Assembly (NCBI GenBank): GCA_965649205.1 | Contig: CBFGJV010000009.1 | Coordinates: forward strand, 18,661 to 82,660 | DNA length: 64,000 nt | Direction of reading: 5' to 3' | DNA from: a candidate division WOR-3 bacterium | GTDB lineage: Bacteria; Hydrothermota; Tepidihabitantia; Tepidihabitantales; Tepidihabitantaceae | Shown here: positions 40,093-49,964 of the stretch, piece after piece | Layout: every line of letters starts with the position of its first letter | How positions within the stretch are numbered: position 1 is the stretch's first letter | Made by a program: the position numbers and the translations under genes | The notes under the pieces: model-generated | The model's database searches: none | Seen by the model: the letters and a program-made list of their open reading frames with translations, nothing else | What the model was told of the DNA's origin: nothing

Positions 40093-40795
40093 CCCCACCT
40101 GCAAGCAGACACTTCCCGGCTGCGTTCAGCGTGGCCCCGGTTGTCATCACATCATCTACCAGCACTATTCTTTTCCCTTGCACCTCTGCGCCAGGCTGCA
40201 GACAAAACGCTCGCTCCACATTCTGGCGCCGGGCTTCATCATCCGCCAGCCCTGTCTGGCTCCTTGTGTTCCTCACCCGACGTAAAAACTCCGCCACAGG
40301 CTTACCCATATGCTGGCCCACCTCCCGCGCCAGAAGCCACGATTGATTGTAACCCCGCTCCCGTCTCCGCGCCGGATGCAGGGGAATCGGACATAGGATA
40401 TCGACGCGCGCCAGTTCTGTGTCCTGCTCAGCCAGCGCTGCCAGTGCTTCTCCCAGAGGTCGGGCCAGAACTGTCTTCTCGCCATACTTAAGCTCATGTA
40501 CCAGATGCAAAAACGGAACCTCATAACATCCCAGGGCCCGCACCCGGGAAACGCAAAAGTCCACCTGACAACGACCACAACCCTCAGAAGCGTCAACACA
40601 GGGTCGGCCACACCCTGGGCATACATCCAGCTCACTTGTCAGCAGAAGCAGCCGGCAATGGTCACAGAGCAGTCCCTCCTCTATCTCCTCCTCACAACCG
40701 AAACACACCCGTGGAAACAGAAAATCCGCCAGCGACCGTACCAGAAAGCGGCAGGGATTCAGGACGTGAGAATGCAACCGGAAAGAGAAGCGCAA
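40004..40795 (-). CDS. comF: ComF family protein (double zinc ribbon + PRTase)
   Basis: FPRVCFGC, CDHC, CPGC, CGRC, RGYNQS, LVDDVMTTGAT; start uncertain. Confidence 0.88.
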   Translation of the reverse strand: MRFSFRLHSHVLNPCRFLVRSLADFLFPRVCFGCEEEIEEGLLCDHCRLLLLTSELDVCPGCGRPCVDASEGCGRCQVDFCVSRVRALGCYEVPFLHLVHELKYGEKTVLARPLGEALAALAEQDTELARVDILCPIPLHPARRRERGYNQSWLLAREVGQHMGKPVAEFLRRVRNTRSQTGLADDEARRQNVERAFCLQPGAEVQGKRIVLVDDVMTTGATLNAAGKCLLAGGASEVLGLVVAAARTGSGQDGVSRPQRGKN

Positions 40796-40824
40796 AAACG
40801 CCAGCTGGTCAGGAACCTATTGTT

Positions 40825-41625
40825 TCAACGCATTCTGCCCTCTGATTTGGGCTTGTTTCCCGCTCGCCCCCTGCGCAGACACACGACAAGCATAACCACA
40901 CCCACAGCGGTCAACCCCAGGGCTACTACCTGATTGCCCCAAAAATTAGACGAATTCTCGTAGTACCGCACAAAGTCAATCCCGAACCGGAATACCGAGT
41001 ACAGAATGAGTATGGTGGCAAATAACACCCCGTCCTTCAGCCGACGCCGTTCCAGCCACAGGGCAATGGCAAATAAAATAAACCCGGCTGCAGAGGAATA
41101 AAGCTGGGTTGGATGTATGTGCTGGGACGGAAAGGTGTATCCCGCGGGCGAATCTGGCGGAAACACAATGCCCGTCGGACACGCAGTCGGCTTGCCAAAG
41201 CAGCAACCATTCAGAAAACATCCTATTCTCGTGAACCCCTCACCCAGCACGATGGCAGGCGCGATGGCGTCCATCATCTTCAGAAGCGGGAGCTTCTTTG
41301 CCCACACGTACACCAGTCCGGCGATAATACCGCCAAGGAATCCGCCATAGAACATCAATCCGGCCAGCCCGCCCCGCCAGAAAGCGATGATGCCGATCAG
41401 GTCATCCTTGAACTCCTCCCAGTGGAACGCCACGTAGAACAACCGGGAACCCAGCACGACAGCCACCAGAATCCACAGCGCCAGGTCGGTGATGTACTGG
41501 GCCGGCACACCGAATCGCCTGGCCCTGCGTTCCACCAGCCAGATGCCCACAAGGAACGAAATGAACAGCATCAAGCCGTAGGAATAGATATGAATGTCGC
41601 CGAGTTTCAGAATAGTGGGAAACAC
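40825..41625 (-). CDS. lgt: Prolipoprotein diacylglyceryl transferase
   Basis: IYSYG, GSRLFYV, FYGG, RIGCFLNGCC, HPTQLY, RF..DF.R. Confidence 0.94.
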   Translation of the reverse strand: MFPTILKLGDIHIYSYGLMLFISFLVGIWLVERRARRFGVPAQYITDLALWILVAVVLGSRLFYVAFHWEEFKDDLIGIIAFWRGGLAGLMFYGGFLGGIIAGLVYVWAKKLPLLKMMDAIAPAIVLGEGFTRIGCFLNGCCFGKPTACPTGIVFPPDSPAGYTFPSQHIHPTQLYSSAAGFILFAIALWLERRRLKDGVLFATILILYSVFRFGIDFVRYYENSSNFWGNQVVALGLTAVGVVMLVVCLRRGRAGNKPKSEGRMR

Positions 41626-41631
41626 GCCTCT

Positions 41632-41659
41632 ATGCTAGAACCGAATCGCTCACTGTCAA
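41632..41659 (-). promoter_or_regulatory. Promoter TTGACA-16-TAGCAT of lgt, apparently leaderless
   Basis: -10 ends 6 nt before the GTG start. Confidence 0.65.
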
Positions 41660-41742
41660 GAAAATCGGCAGTTGAGCGTTTTTCCAGAAATACACCGTGG
41701 TTATAGGCCCGCAGCCTCTTCAGCAGAGCGTCCTGCCGCTGA

Positions 41743-41865
41743 TCAGCGGGCAAGTACTATCTTCTGCACCGAGCCTGACTTCTGCCCGGCCGGCACAAGA
41801 AAGTACACACCCGCAGACCTGTTACCCAGGGTGAACGTCTCCTGGCCGGCAGGAACGAAAAACAT
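41743..41865 (-). pseudogene. Orphan fragment resembling the last strands of a T9SS-like C-terminal sorting domain
   Basis: 40-aa ORF MFFVPAGQETFTLGNRSAGVYFLVPAGQKSGSVQKIVLAR; matches the xAGVYF...QKxV tails of the CTD proteins in this window. Confidence 0.5.
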
Positions 41866-41881
41866 CAGAATTGAGCTAACG

Positions 41882-42355
41882 CTATTCCGACTCGTCTGGT
41901 ACCAGACGGACCTCCAAGCCGGCTTCGGCGAGGAGCTGGCGGCTCAACTGGTCTGGGTAGAACTCAGCCACCACAAACTCCCTGATGCCCGCATTCACCA
42001 GCATCTTGGCACAGGTGATACACGGCTCGTGCGTACAGTACAGCGTAGCGCCAGACACGTTTATTCCGAAAGAAGCCGCCTGCACCAGAGCGTTCTGCTC
42101 TGCATGAATACCGCGGCATATCTCAATGCGCTCGCCTGGCGGGATGCCCCTCTGTTCCCGCAGACAACCAAGTTCAAAACAGTGTGCCAATCCGTGTGGC
42201 ACGCCGTTGTAACCGGTACAGAGTATCCGCTTATCCCGCACCAACACCGCCCCTACTTGTCTCCTTAAACAAGTGGAACGCTCGCTCACCAGCCGGCAGA
42301 TGTCCATAAAATAGCGGTCCCAGGATTTACGCTTCACCTTGCTTGCGTCAGTCAC
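41882..42355 (-). CDS. dCMP deaminase (ComEB family)
   Basis: [33 protein letters not shown]. Confidence 0.92.
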   Translation of the reverse strand: MTDASKVKRKSWDRYFMDICRLVSERSTCLRRQVGAVLVRDKRILCTGYNGVPHGLAHCFELGCLREQRGIPPGERIEICRGIHAEQNALVQAASFGINVSGATLYCTHEPCITCAKMLVNAGIREFVVAEFYPDQLSRQLLAEAGLEVRLVPDESE

Positions 42356-42403
42356 CTAACTCAAGTCCTGTCACTGTGCTGCACCTGTATCCCTTCCTAC
42401 GTC

Positions 42404-45400
42404 TCAACGCGTCTTGACAGCTTTCTGGGCAACCACCCTGCCTTCCGCTACAAACCTGACCCAGTACACTCCAGGCGCCAGTCTGCGTCCATACTCGTCA
42501 TTTCCATCCCAAGCAAGGTTGTGCCTTCCCGCTTCGCTTCGGCCCGCAAACAGAGTCCTCACCCTGCGTCCCGCTCCGTCATAGACAGCCAATTCCACAT
42601 TCTCCGCCTGCGCCAGGCCGTAGGAGAACTGCGCCCGCTCGACAAAAGGATTGGAATGCACCAAAAGTTCGGGACAAGAAACTGTATGCCCCTGTTCTAA
42701 TTCTGCCAATCCGACCGGTCCGTCGGTCGTATATTTTATTGCCCGCCGGGGCCCCAGAGGCCAGCAGCCATTGTTGTAGCTGTTGTCCAGCAGGCATTGA
42801 ATACCTATGGTTCTGGTCTGGTCCTGTATGCCCACAGTGCTGGCGGTAAAGCCGTTGGCAGTCATATACTGCGCCACTATCACATTATTGCCAGAACCGG
42901 AGGCAAGGGTGGTATCGTAGATGATTACCTGGAATTTATCCCGTACCGACACCTGATCATAGTAGGCCACACTGTCGTATTCTACTATGAAGCGTTTGTT
43001 TGGTTCATCGTAGTAGTAATACACATGACCGGATCCCCCATAACCTGGATAAAGGTCATCCCAGTTCAGACAGATAGCTCCGGGCGGCGCCTGCGGACTG
43101 GGCAGGCCAGTGTTGGAAAAGTGGGAAGTAGTATAGGTGCCCGGCACAATCCAGCCATCGGCCGAAACAGAAATCTGTGTATAGCGCTGACCGTAGTACT
43201 TGAACGGACCAAACCCTGCAGGCAAAGCCACCGGGACTACGGCATCATTGTTGGCAAAGGAAATCCTGGTGCCCACGCCCTTTATCTCTACCCAAGAATA
43301 CTGCGGACAGACAGGGAAAATGGTATCCAGGTCATCATACGCCCAATACAGCGCCGGTTCTCGCGGCCCGTCCGGAATCGGGTCGATACGGCGCAGAGAA
43401 CCGACAGAGAGTGAAAACTTCAGGCTGTCCGTATAGCCGGTGGCATAAAGATACAGAGTGAAGTTGCTCTCATGTCCTCTCGGTGTCCCCGGCGTGGCAA
43501 AAACGCCAAACCGGTCGAGCCTGTTAGACCCGATCGAATCCGGCTTCACGTCTCCGAACCAACCCAGAGAATCTGTGATAACCACAAAAGCATCCGCTGT
43601 CTTCAGAATGCCGAAAAGACCCTGCAGCTCGGCCCGGCCTGCATTCCTCAGCTTCACCACCAGCTCCGCGCTTTCTCCTGGATCCAGCTTGCCATCTCCA
43701 TTGCCCCGGGGCGGTGAATCAATCACCGTATTATCTACATACACGGCCTCGGGCACATTTACAGCCAGCACCTCAATCGCATCTATGTCAAAACCGCCTG
43801 TGCCCACATTGTCGTCCACGATGCGGACGAACCTAGCCGTCTGCAGCCTCGCTGCCTCCAGATCATAACTTTTCGTGCCGGTACCCGAACCTACGAGGGT
43901 CCACGGCCCGTTCCAATTGTTAGATGCATACACCAGGCACGACTCCGGGTCGGTATCATCCTCCACCACGGTGAAATCCGGACCCGGGATGTTCACTATC
44001 GGTGTTCTGCGCCCCATATCAAAACTGGCCCAGCCGCCGCGGTCCAAAGAAAACCGGCGGCCATCGCGCTTGCGCAGAGCCCACCAGTGACTGGTAGGAT
44101 TGGTATTGCTCAGCATATTGGTGAGGCATTGAAAAGCGCACACAGGCTCGCTGGCGCTGCGGGTAAGATACACCTCCAGAAAGGCAAAGCTGTCCCGAGG
44201 CACAACCACACCGCTCACTGTCTTGGGCTGATACCCGTTTGCAGTCACGGTCACCGTGTAGGTACCCGGGTGCAGGTACTTGGCAAAGAATCCCAGGGTA
44301 TCGGAGTAAACAAACCAGTCAGGCGGGGTCACGCTTACCAGAGCCTCTATCGGCCCGCCTGTCTGACTATCGCGCACCATACCCCGGACGCCCCAACCTG
44401 CCCGCTCTATCATTTCCTTCATCGCAGTCCAGTTCTTACGGTTTATCGTATCAATCTCGCCGATAGGACTGGGCTGGCCGTTGCACACCTCTACTGCGTA
44501 GCCCATTGCTCCCAGCGCTCCGTAGTACCAGTCGGTAGAGCCGCCGTTCACCGAGTACAGCACCCGCGAAATCTGCCCTGACTGGTAGTAGCATATCTGA
44601 CCGTAACGGTCCATCTCGTACTTATAGGTAACCGAATCCCTCGTGGCAAAGGTGGTATAGCCCCAGGGCCACATTGCCTTGGTCGTCCCGGTATGAAACT
44701 GCGTCCAAGCCACCATGGGATTATCCCGTCCCAGAAAATACAACGCCTGCACTTCAGTTTCAGAAAACACGCTGGGCCCGCCGCCGTTCCAGGAATAACC
44801 GTAGTTGCGATTCAAATCCACTCCCCGGGCATTGGTGCGACTGCGCGACACCAGACCATCCGGATTCACAAAGGGTATGAGCCATATTTCCCGCGTATTC
44901 ACCCAGCGGGTAATATCCGGGTCTGTGCCATACCTGGTGACAAGCTGTAACAAGGCGTGGTGCAGAATCTCGGTGCCGTTGTTCTCGTTCCCGTGTATCG
45001 TGGCATCAAAAAACACCCGGGGTTCTGGCTCCAGCGAGTTGGGATTGTCGGATATTTTCATGGCGATAAGCCGCCTGCCTCCGGCCGAAACACCGATGGT
45101 ATCCAGCCGGCAGATATGCGGATAGCTGCGACAGATGATAGGCCAGGTGTCCATTATCTGCTGATAGGTATGGAAGAATGCATTCAGCTCCGCGGCTCTG
45201 GCCCGCACATCCGGCACCAGCACCTCCAGACGATACCCCTTGGCCAGAAGACCCCGATAGGAACTCTCGCTCATACCACAGGTGAAGTATTCCGGAGTCA
45301 CATCGTAGAACTCCAGGACCTGCTCTGCCAATGCCGGTATTTCCGCCGGCGAAACAAACACCTTCACTGTCATCTCTTTCTCCTCTGGCCGCGCCATCGC

Positions 45401-45442
45401 CGCCAGAGACAGAGTCAGCAAAACTATTATCCAACGATGCAC
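42404..45442 (-). CDS. Secreted M14 zinc carboxypeptidase (carboxypeptidase T-like) with accessory beta domains and FlgD/T9SS-like CTD
   Basis: Signal peptide, IHGNE, VNPDG, RTN..GVDLNRN, FH, GGSTDW, VEV; C-terminal NPF...VYDGAGRRV...WDG...PGVYW. Confidence 0.88.
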   Translation of the reverse strand: MHRWIIVLLTLSLAAMARPEEKEMTVKVFVSPAEIPALAEQVLEFYDVTPEYFTCGMSESSYRGLLAKGYRLEVLVPDVRARAAELNAFFHTYQQIMDTWPIICRSYPHICRLDTIGVSAGGRRLIAMKISDNPNSLEPEPRVFFDATIHGNENNGTEILHHALLQLVTRYGTDPDITRWVNTREIWLIPFVNPDGLVSRSRTNARGVDLNRNYGYSWNGGGPSVFSETEVQALYFLGRDNPMVAWTQFHTGTTKAMWPWGYTTFATRDSVTYKYEMDRYGQICYYQSGQISRVLYSVNGGSTDWYYGALGAMGYAVEVCNGQPSPIGEIDTINRKNWTAMKEMIERAGWGVRGMVRDSQTGGPIEALVSVTPPDWFVYSDTLGFFAKYLHPGTYTVTVTANGYQPKTVSGVVVPRDSFAFLEVYLTRSASEPVCAFQCLTNMLSNTNPTSHWWALRKRDGRRFSLDRGGWASFDMGRRTPIVNIPGPDFTVVEDDTDPESCLVYASNNWNGPWTLVGSGTGTKSYDLEAARLQTARFVRIVDDNVGTGGFDIDAIEVLAVNVPEAVYVDNTVIDSPPRGNGDGKLDPGESAELVVKLRNAGRAELQGLFGILKTADAFVVITDSLGWFGDVKPDSIGSNRLDRFGVFATPGTPRGHESNFTLYLYATGYTDSLKFSLSVGSLRRIDPIPDGPREPALYWAYDDLDTIFPVCPQYSWVEIKGVGTRISFANNDAVVPVALPAGFGPFKYYGQRYTQISVSADGWIVPGTYTTSHFSNTGLPSPQAPPGAICLNWDDLYPGYGGSGHVYYYYDEPNKRFIVEYDSVAYYDQVSVRDKFQVIIYDTTLASGSGNNVIVAQYMTANGFTASTVGIQDQTRTIGIQCLLDNSYNNGCWPLGPRRAIKYTTDGPVGLAELEQGHTVSCPELLVHSNPFVERAQFSYGLAQAENVELAVYDGAGRRVRTLFAGRSEAGRHNLAWDGNDEYGRRLAPGVYWVRFVAEGRVVAQKAVKTR

Positions 45443-45526
45443 GCTTCCTCCCTTATTGTCGCAAGCATGGAAACGCTACGGACGCAGAACAAACCTCTTG
45501 CCCTGCCAAGCTATTACTTGCGGTCT

Positions 45527-46162
45527 TCACTTTGTCCTGCCCTCAACCCAGACCACCTTCGGGCTAGACCATTCACTGATATGCTCCAGACTGTCCTTTG
45601 CCCTGGCCCTGACCTCAAATACCCCGGGCCGCAAAAACACATACAGTATCTTGACGATACTGTCAGGCAATACAAACCTGCTCCACTCTGTAAGTACCTC
45701 GCCAAAACAGAACTGCACCGCCACCCTTTCCTGCAGGGGATGACCGGCCCGGGTGATGAATTGCACCGTATCTCCCACCATAGCTGTATCTGGTCCTACA
45801 GGTCGCCGGGGAACTAAAGGTCCGTAATCCCTGATACTCACCTGGATACTGTCTGACCAGCCTGTCTCTTGCCGTCTGTCCTTTGCCCGACAGCTTACTT
45901 GGAAGACACCTGTGTCGGCGTACCGGTGAATCTCGCTATACTCTGTGCCTGCAGCCATCCAGCCAGACCACTCTCCCTGGCTGCCATCGCCCCAACGAAA
46001 CTGATAACTCACCGAGTCACCCTCCTGGTCTGCAGCCAGACAAGAAAACCGCAAGTCTGCATTAGGTCTGCCCATTTGCGGACCAAACAACAAAGGCGTG
46101 TAAGGCGGTTCGTTGGCGCATCCGCCCAGGATTAGCGCCGCCAGAGCAACCAGTTGCCGCAC
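45527..46162 (-). CDS. Lipoprotein with two PKD-like domains
   Basis: Lipobox LGGC; DQEGDSVSYQFRWGDG...SGW, H.Y...G.F.V..RAKD, SEWS. Leaderless promoter TTGACA-17-TAGTCT at 46169-46197. Confidence 0.75.
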   Translation of the reverse strand: MRQLVALAALILGGCANEPPYTPLLFGPQMGRPNADLRFSCLAADQEGDSVSYQFRWGDGSQGEWSGWMAAGTEYSEIHRYADTGVFQVSCRAKDRRQETGWSDSIQVSIRDYGPLVPRRPVGPDTAMVGDTVQFITRAGHPLQERVAVQFCFGEVLTEWSRFVLPDSIVKILYVFLRPGVFEVRARAKDSLEHISEWSSPKVVWVEGRTK

Positions 46163-46209
46163 TCTTTCAGACTACGCCAGCCTTGACCGCATGTCAACCG
46201 TCTTCTTGT

Positions 46210-47028
46210 TCAAGGGCCGGCCCTGACACTTTGCCTCGTCTGTCTGGCCAGCCACCGACACGCCTCCAGCACTTCGGTCCTCGGCCCGTTGGTATGCTCG
46301 CCCTCAGTCACCACCAGCTTTGTCACCACGCCATACTCGCCCAGTAAACGCGCCATCGTCTCATTATCCACCCTATTCCAGTCCGCAACCCGGGTAATCA
46401 GATACGCAAAGTGCTTGGTCAGAGTCTCCTTTTCAGCCAGCTCCAGGGCGCCGGCATGCGCGCAGGTAGTGATGACCCCCCGGAACATTTCCGGATGCAG
46501 AAACATAGCCGCCAGAGCCTGCACTCCCTGACCAGAATACCCGCAAACAAACAACCATTCCGGGTCAACAGGAAAGTTATGCAAGAGTTTGCCCGCGGTG
46601 CGGACAATATCGGCGTCATTGCGCATCATATCTCGGTGATTTCTTGTCGCGTGACACGAAGCCACAATCCAGCCCAGCGAATCACCCACCAGACGGAAAG
46701 AATCAAGGTCCTCCGCTCTGGCGCCGTCACAATGCAACACCAAGAGCGCCGGAAATTTTGTCCGCGGGTCGCTCGCCACTTTCTCCCCCACCGCCCGCGG
46801 CACATAGAAACAGTCCGAATCCGCATCGCAGACAAAACCAGCTATGACCGGAATAGAGCTGTCCGCTGCGGTCTGCTCACCAGCCATACGAGAAGCCGCC
46901 GACCTGCGGCCGACATTATGCGCGGCCTCCGCATCGGTCTTTCCTGTCGGCGAAGCACAGGACAAAAGAAACCACAAACCCGCCATTACGCTCAGAATTC
47001 CGCGCAAACGCCAACTACTGTCGCACAT
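46210..47028 (-). CDS. Predicted lipoprotein, alpha/beta-hydrolase-like
   Basis: LLSC lipobox; PALLVLH, VDPxxxFVCGYSGQG nucleophile elbow, C-terminal GEH. Confidence 0.65.
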   Translation of the reverse strand: MCDSSWRLRGILSVMAGLWFLLSCASPTGKTDAEAAHNVGRRSAASRMAGEQTAADSSIPVIAGFVCDADSDCFYVPRAVGEKVASDPRTKFPALLVLHCDGARAEDLDSFRLVGDSLGWIVASCHATRNHRDMMRNDADIVRTAGKLLHNFPVDPEWLFVCGYSGQGVQALAAMFLHPEMFRGVITTCAHAGALELAEKETLTKHFAYLITRVADWNRVDNETMARLLGEYGVVTKLVVTEGEHTNGPRTEVLEACRWLARQTRQSVRAGP

Positions 47029-48136
47029 ACACTATCAGCCCTGCAGCCAAAGCGCCAAAAACGATATTGGGCAGCCAGGCCGCCATCGCCGGGCTAATAA
47101 CATGAGAAGTGCCATAAGCCCGGCTCATCTGGATTGCGCCCCAGTACAGAAAAGAAATGAGCAACCCCAGTCCCAGTCCCAGCATCGTGCCGCCCCGCTT
47201 AAGCCGCACCGAAAGCGGCAGTCCCAGCAACACCACAATCAGACCGATGAAGGCATAGGAAAAGCGGTAATGATACTCCACCTCCTCATCTGCCACATCC
47301 TCTCCTGCCCGCCTCATCCGGCCAATATAGAGCTTCAGCTCGCGCGTAGAAGTCTCCTGCACCGGCCGCACCGTACGCGTGAAATCATCCGGCGTCTCCG
47401 TCACCCCGGCAAGCACCATCGTATCCGCCTGCGTCAGCGTCTCCTCATCGTTTGGCCCGAAATCGCGCCTTGTCACCTGGTAACCTATCCAGACCCCCTT
47501 CCCGCCTACCCTGCCAGACCTGGACTCTTTTCCCGCCGCGGAAACATACTCGGCTCGGGCTCCGTCATAACGTCTTCTTACCCGCCTCTCTGCATCCAGC
47601 TCCTGAATAGAAAAGCCCTCCATCACCCCCCGGGAATCAAACTCCCGGATACTGAAAATCCGGCCACTCTCGCCCACATAGTAAACATCCCTCCGCCTCT
47701 GCACCGTCTCTACGGTTCGTCGCTCAATACGTCGCGCCCGCAGGTCTGCCAACGCGGCATTAGCCGGTATGGTGACAAACTCGTTACCCACAAGACACAC
47801 CACCACCGTAGCCAGCCCCAGACCCATCGTCGGAGCAAACAGCCGCAAAGCCCGTATTCCGGCGCTCTCCAGCGCGTGCAACTCCCGATGTCTTGTCATC
47901 TGACCGTGGACCACAAAAACTGCCAGCAACAGACTCACCGGATACAGAAGCGTCACTGCCGCCGGCAGACTGTAAAGATAATAAAGCAGCACCACTCCCA
48001 GACCCACCCTACGGTTGAGAAAATAATTCAACTCCTGAAAAAGGTCTATGAGCAGGTAAATAACCACCACAGACAAAAGCGCCAGCAGCACAAACTTCAG
48101 CATCTCCCGCAACAGGTACCGGTCCAGTATCTTCAA
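47015..48136 (-). CDS. lptG: LptG-family permease (YjgP/YjgQ)
   Basis: KILDRYL, EL.AL..AGI, C-terminal AAWLPN. Confidence 0.85.
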   Translation of the reverse strand: MKILDRYLLREMLKFVLLALLSVVVIYLLIDLFQELNYFLNRRVGLGVVLLYYLYSLPAAVTLLYPVSLLLAVFVVHGQMTRHRELHALESAGIRALRLFAPTMGLGLATVVVCLVGNEFVTIPANAALADLRARRIERRTVETVQRRRDVYYVGESGRIFSIREFDSRGVMEGFSIQELDAERRVRRRYDGARAEYVSAAGKESRSGRVGGKGVWIGYQVTRRDFGPNDEETLTQADTMVLAGVTETPDDFTRTVRPVQETSTRELKLYIGRMRRAGEDVADEEVEYHYRFSYAFIGLIVVLLGLPLSVRLKRGGTMLGLGLGLLISFLYWGAIQMSRAYGTSHVISPAMAAWLPNIVFGALAAGLIVYVRQ

Positions 48137-49371
48137 CCTGTTCTCCCACCAAAACTCAGAAGCGAACGTTCAAAAAACGCCCGACCTGCCAGCTCTGCCA
48201 CCGGCGCGAGCAGAATGATATTAGGCAGCCACATACCGGGAAAAGCCGACAACTTACCCGCGTCTACAAAATTCTCGCCTGCCGACAGCAATACATAATA
48301 GACCGCGAAAAATACCAGCCCCACCATAAAACCTGTGCCAATCCCTCCCCGCCGCAACACCACGCCCAGCGGAATACCGAACAAAGCAAAAAAGAAACAG
48401 GAAAAAGCCAGAGACAGGCTCTTGTGAAACTCACCCTCATAACGCAACCTCTCCAGCCGCTTGTACTGCAGACGGGTTTTCAACTCATCCAGCTTCAACC
48501 TGCCGGCTTCGTTATCCGGTGTAACCGAGCCGGCTTCGGCCAGCCCGCGTCTCAAACCCTTTTCCTCTTGCCGCAACTGTCGCACCTGCCGCAACAACTG
48601 CGTCAGTGTCATTTCCTGATCCCCCCGATACTCCCGGTCCCTCCGGATAAGCTCCACATCCATAGGCACATTTAGCACATGGCGGCGAAAGAGCAGCCGG
48701 CGATACTTATTACTGTCACCCAGCTCGTGCATCTCGCCGTCATACAAAGTCAGAACCATATAGCGGTCATCCTCCGTGTAGCCAATATGCCCTCTGGCCG
48801 CAGTCACAAACCCGCCCAGCTGCTTACCCGGCTTCTTTTCAAAAACAGCCACATTCCTGACGCGCGAATGGCGCTGGTCAATAGAACCGATATAAATCAT
48901 ATAGCTGCCGAAATCGTCCATAAACACCCCTTCCCTGATGCGCAACGCTGGCCGTTTCCGGGCCACATCAGTAAGAAGGTTCCGCACCTTGTGCTGCGAC
49001 TCGGGCACCACAAAACCATTGAACCCGGCCATTGCCAGCATCAGAAACACACATACTACTGCAGTCGGCATCACCACCCGGGTAAGAGGAATGCCTGCGG
49101 CCCGTATCACCCTTACCTCATTATCCTCTGCCATCCGGCCAAACGAAATCACTCCGGCAATCAGACTGCCCAAAGGTGCGCACACACTCAGAACAAAAGG
49201 CAGAGACAGAACCATTATCTCGCCTACCACCACCACCGCTATTCCCTTGCGCACCAGAAGGTCGGCCAACAAAAACAGCCGGTCCATCAACAGCACAAAA
49301 GCGAGCACAGCAATAGCCAGGAAAAAGGGCGGAATGAACTGCTTCAGCGCATAACGCTGCAGAATTGTCAC
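48133..49371 (-). CDS. lptF: LptF-family permease (YjgP/YjgQ)
   Basis: TILQRY, FGRMAEDNE...AAGI, EFHK.LSL, MWLPN. GTG start 6 nt after TTGCAT-16-TATTAT. Confidence 0.85.
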   Translation of the reverse strand: MTILQRYALKQFIPPFFLAIAVLAFVLLMDRLFLLADLLVRKGIAVVVVGEIMVLSLPFVLSVCAPLGSLIAGVISFGRMAEDNEVRVIRAAGIPLTRVVMPTAVVCVFLMLAMAGFNGFVVPESQHKVRNLLTDVARKRPALRIREGVFMDDFGSYMIYIGSIDQRHSRVRNVAVFEKKPGKQLGGFVTAARGHIGYTEDDRYMVLTLYDGEMHELGDSNKYRRLLFRRHVLNVPMDVELIRRDREYRGDQEMTLTQLLRQVRQLRQEEKGLRRGLAEAGSVTPDNEAGRLKLDELKTRLQYKRLERLRYEGEFHKSLSLAFSCFFFALFGIPLGVVLRRGGIGTGFMVGLVFFAVYYVLLSAGENFVDAGKLSAFPGMWLPNIILLAPVAELAGRAFFERSLLSFGGRTG

Positions 49372-49625
49372 CGGCTGATAATAGCCGAACATACCCACCA
49401 TGCAAGACCTGCCAAGCCGCAAGACAAACACGAAAAACACCGCCGTCTTCTGCCTTCCCGACTGGATATAGGCACCACGGCAAAATCGTAACCTCTTTCC
49501 CGAACGAGCTCCGCAGCCTTACCCCGCCCTCACGAACCGCCCAAACCTCGTCTGCATTCCCGAAACGCAAACCAACCCACACACGAAATCCTCCTGTACC
49601 TAATGCACCTTACTATCAGCCGTTT

Positions 49626-49778
49626 CAACCCATTAGAATACAACCAGTTCTGCCACTAACTCACACTAGTTCTGACTCCGCCCCATATCCTCTCGGCAAT
49701 TCACGGCCTCACACGGTCTGCGAACAACCCAATCCCGCGGTATCCTGCCATCCAGGCCGTTGGGGGAGTCACTCCCCC
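49626..49778. repeat. Copy 2 of the intergenic element (CAACCCATTAGAAT ... GGGGGAGTCACTCCCCC)
   Basis: Perfect 17-bp palindrome at 49762-49778; upstream 14-mer is 12/14 identical to 17407-17420. Confidence 0.45.
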
Positions 49779-49964
49779 CTCTGCCCGGTCGGCCACATCC
49801 GACCTTTTGACCCCTGAGTATCTTTTCACTACACTGGCGTGCAATGTGTAACTTGGCTGCCATTTCCAATCTAAGGATTACAAAGCAGTTACACAAAAAA
49901 CCCGTACCGTCTCCGGCTCCAGCACCGGCAGACAACCGCATAATTCCTGCGAAGTCCGCCCGAA

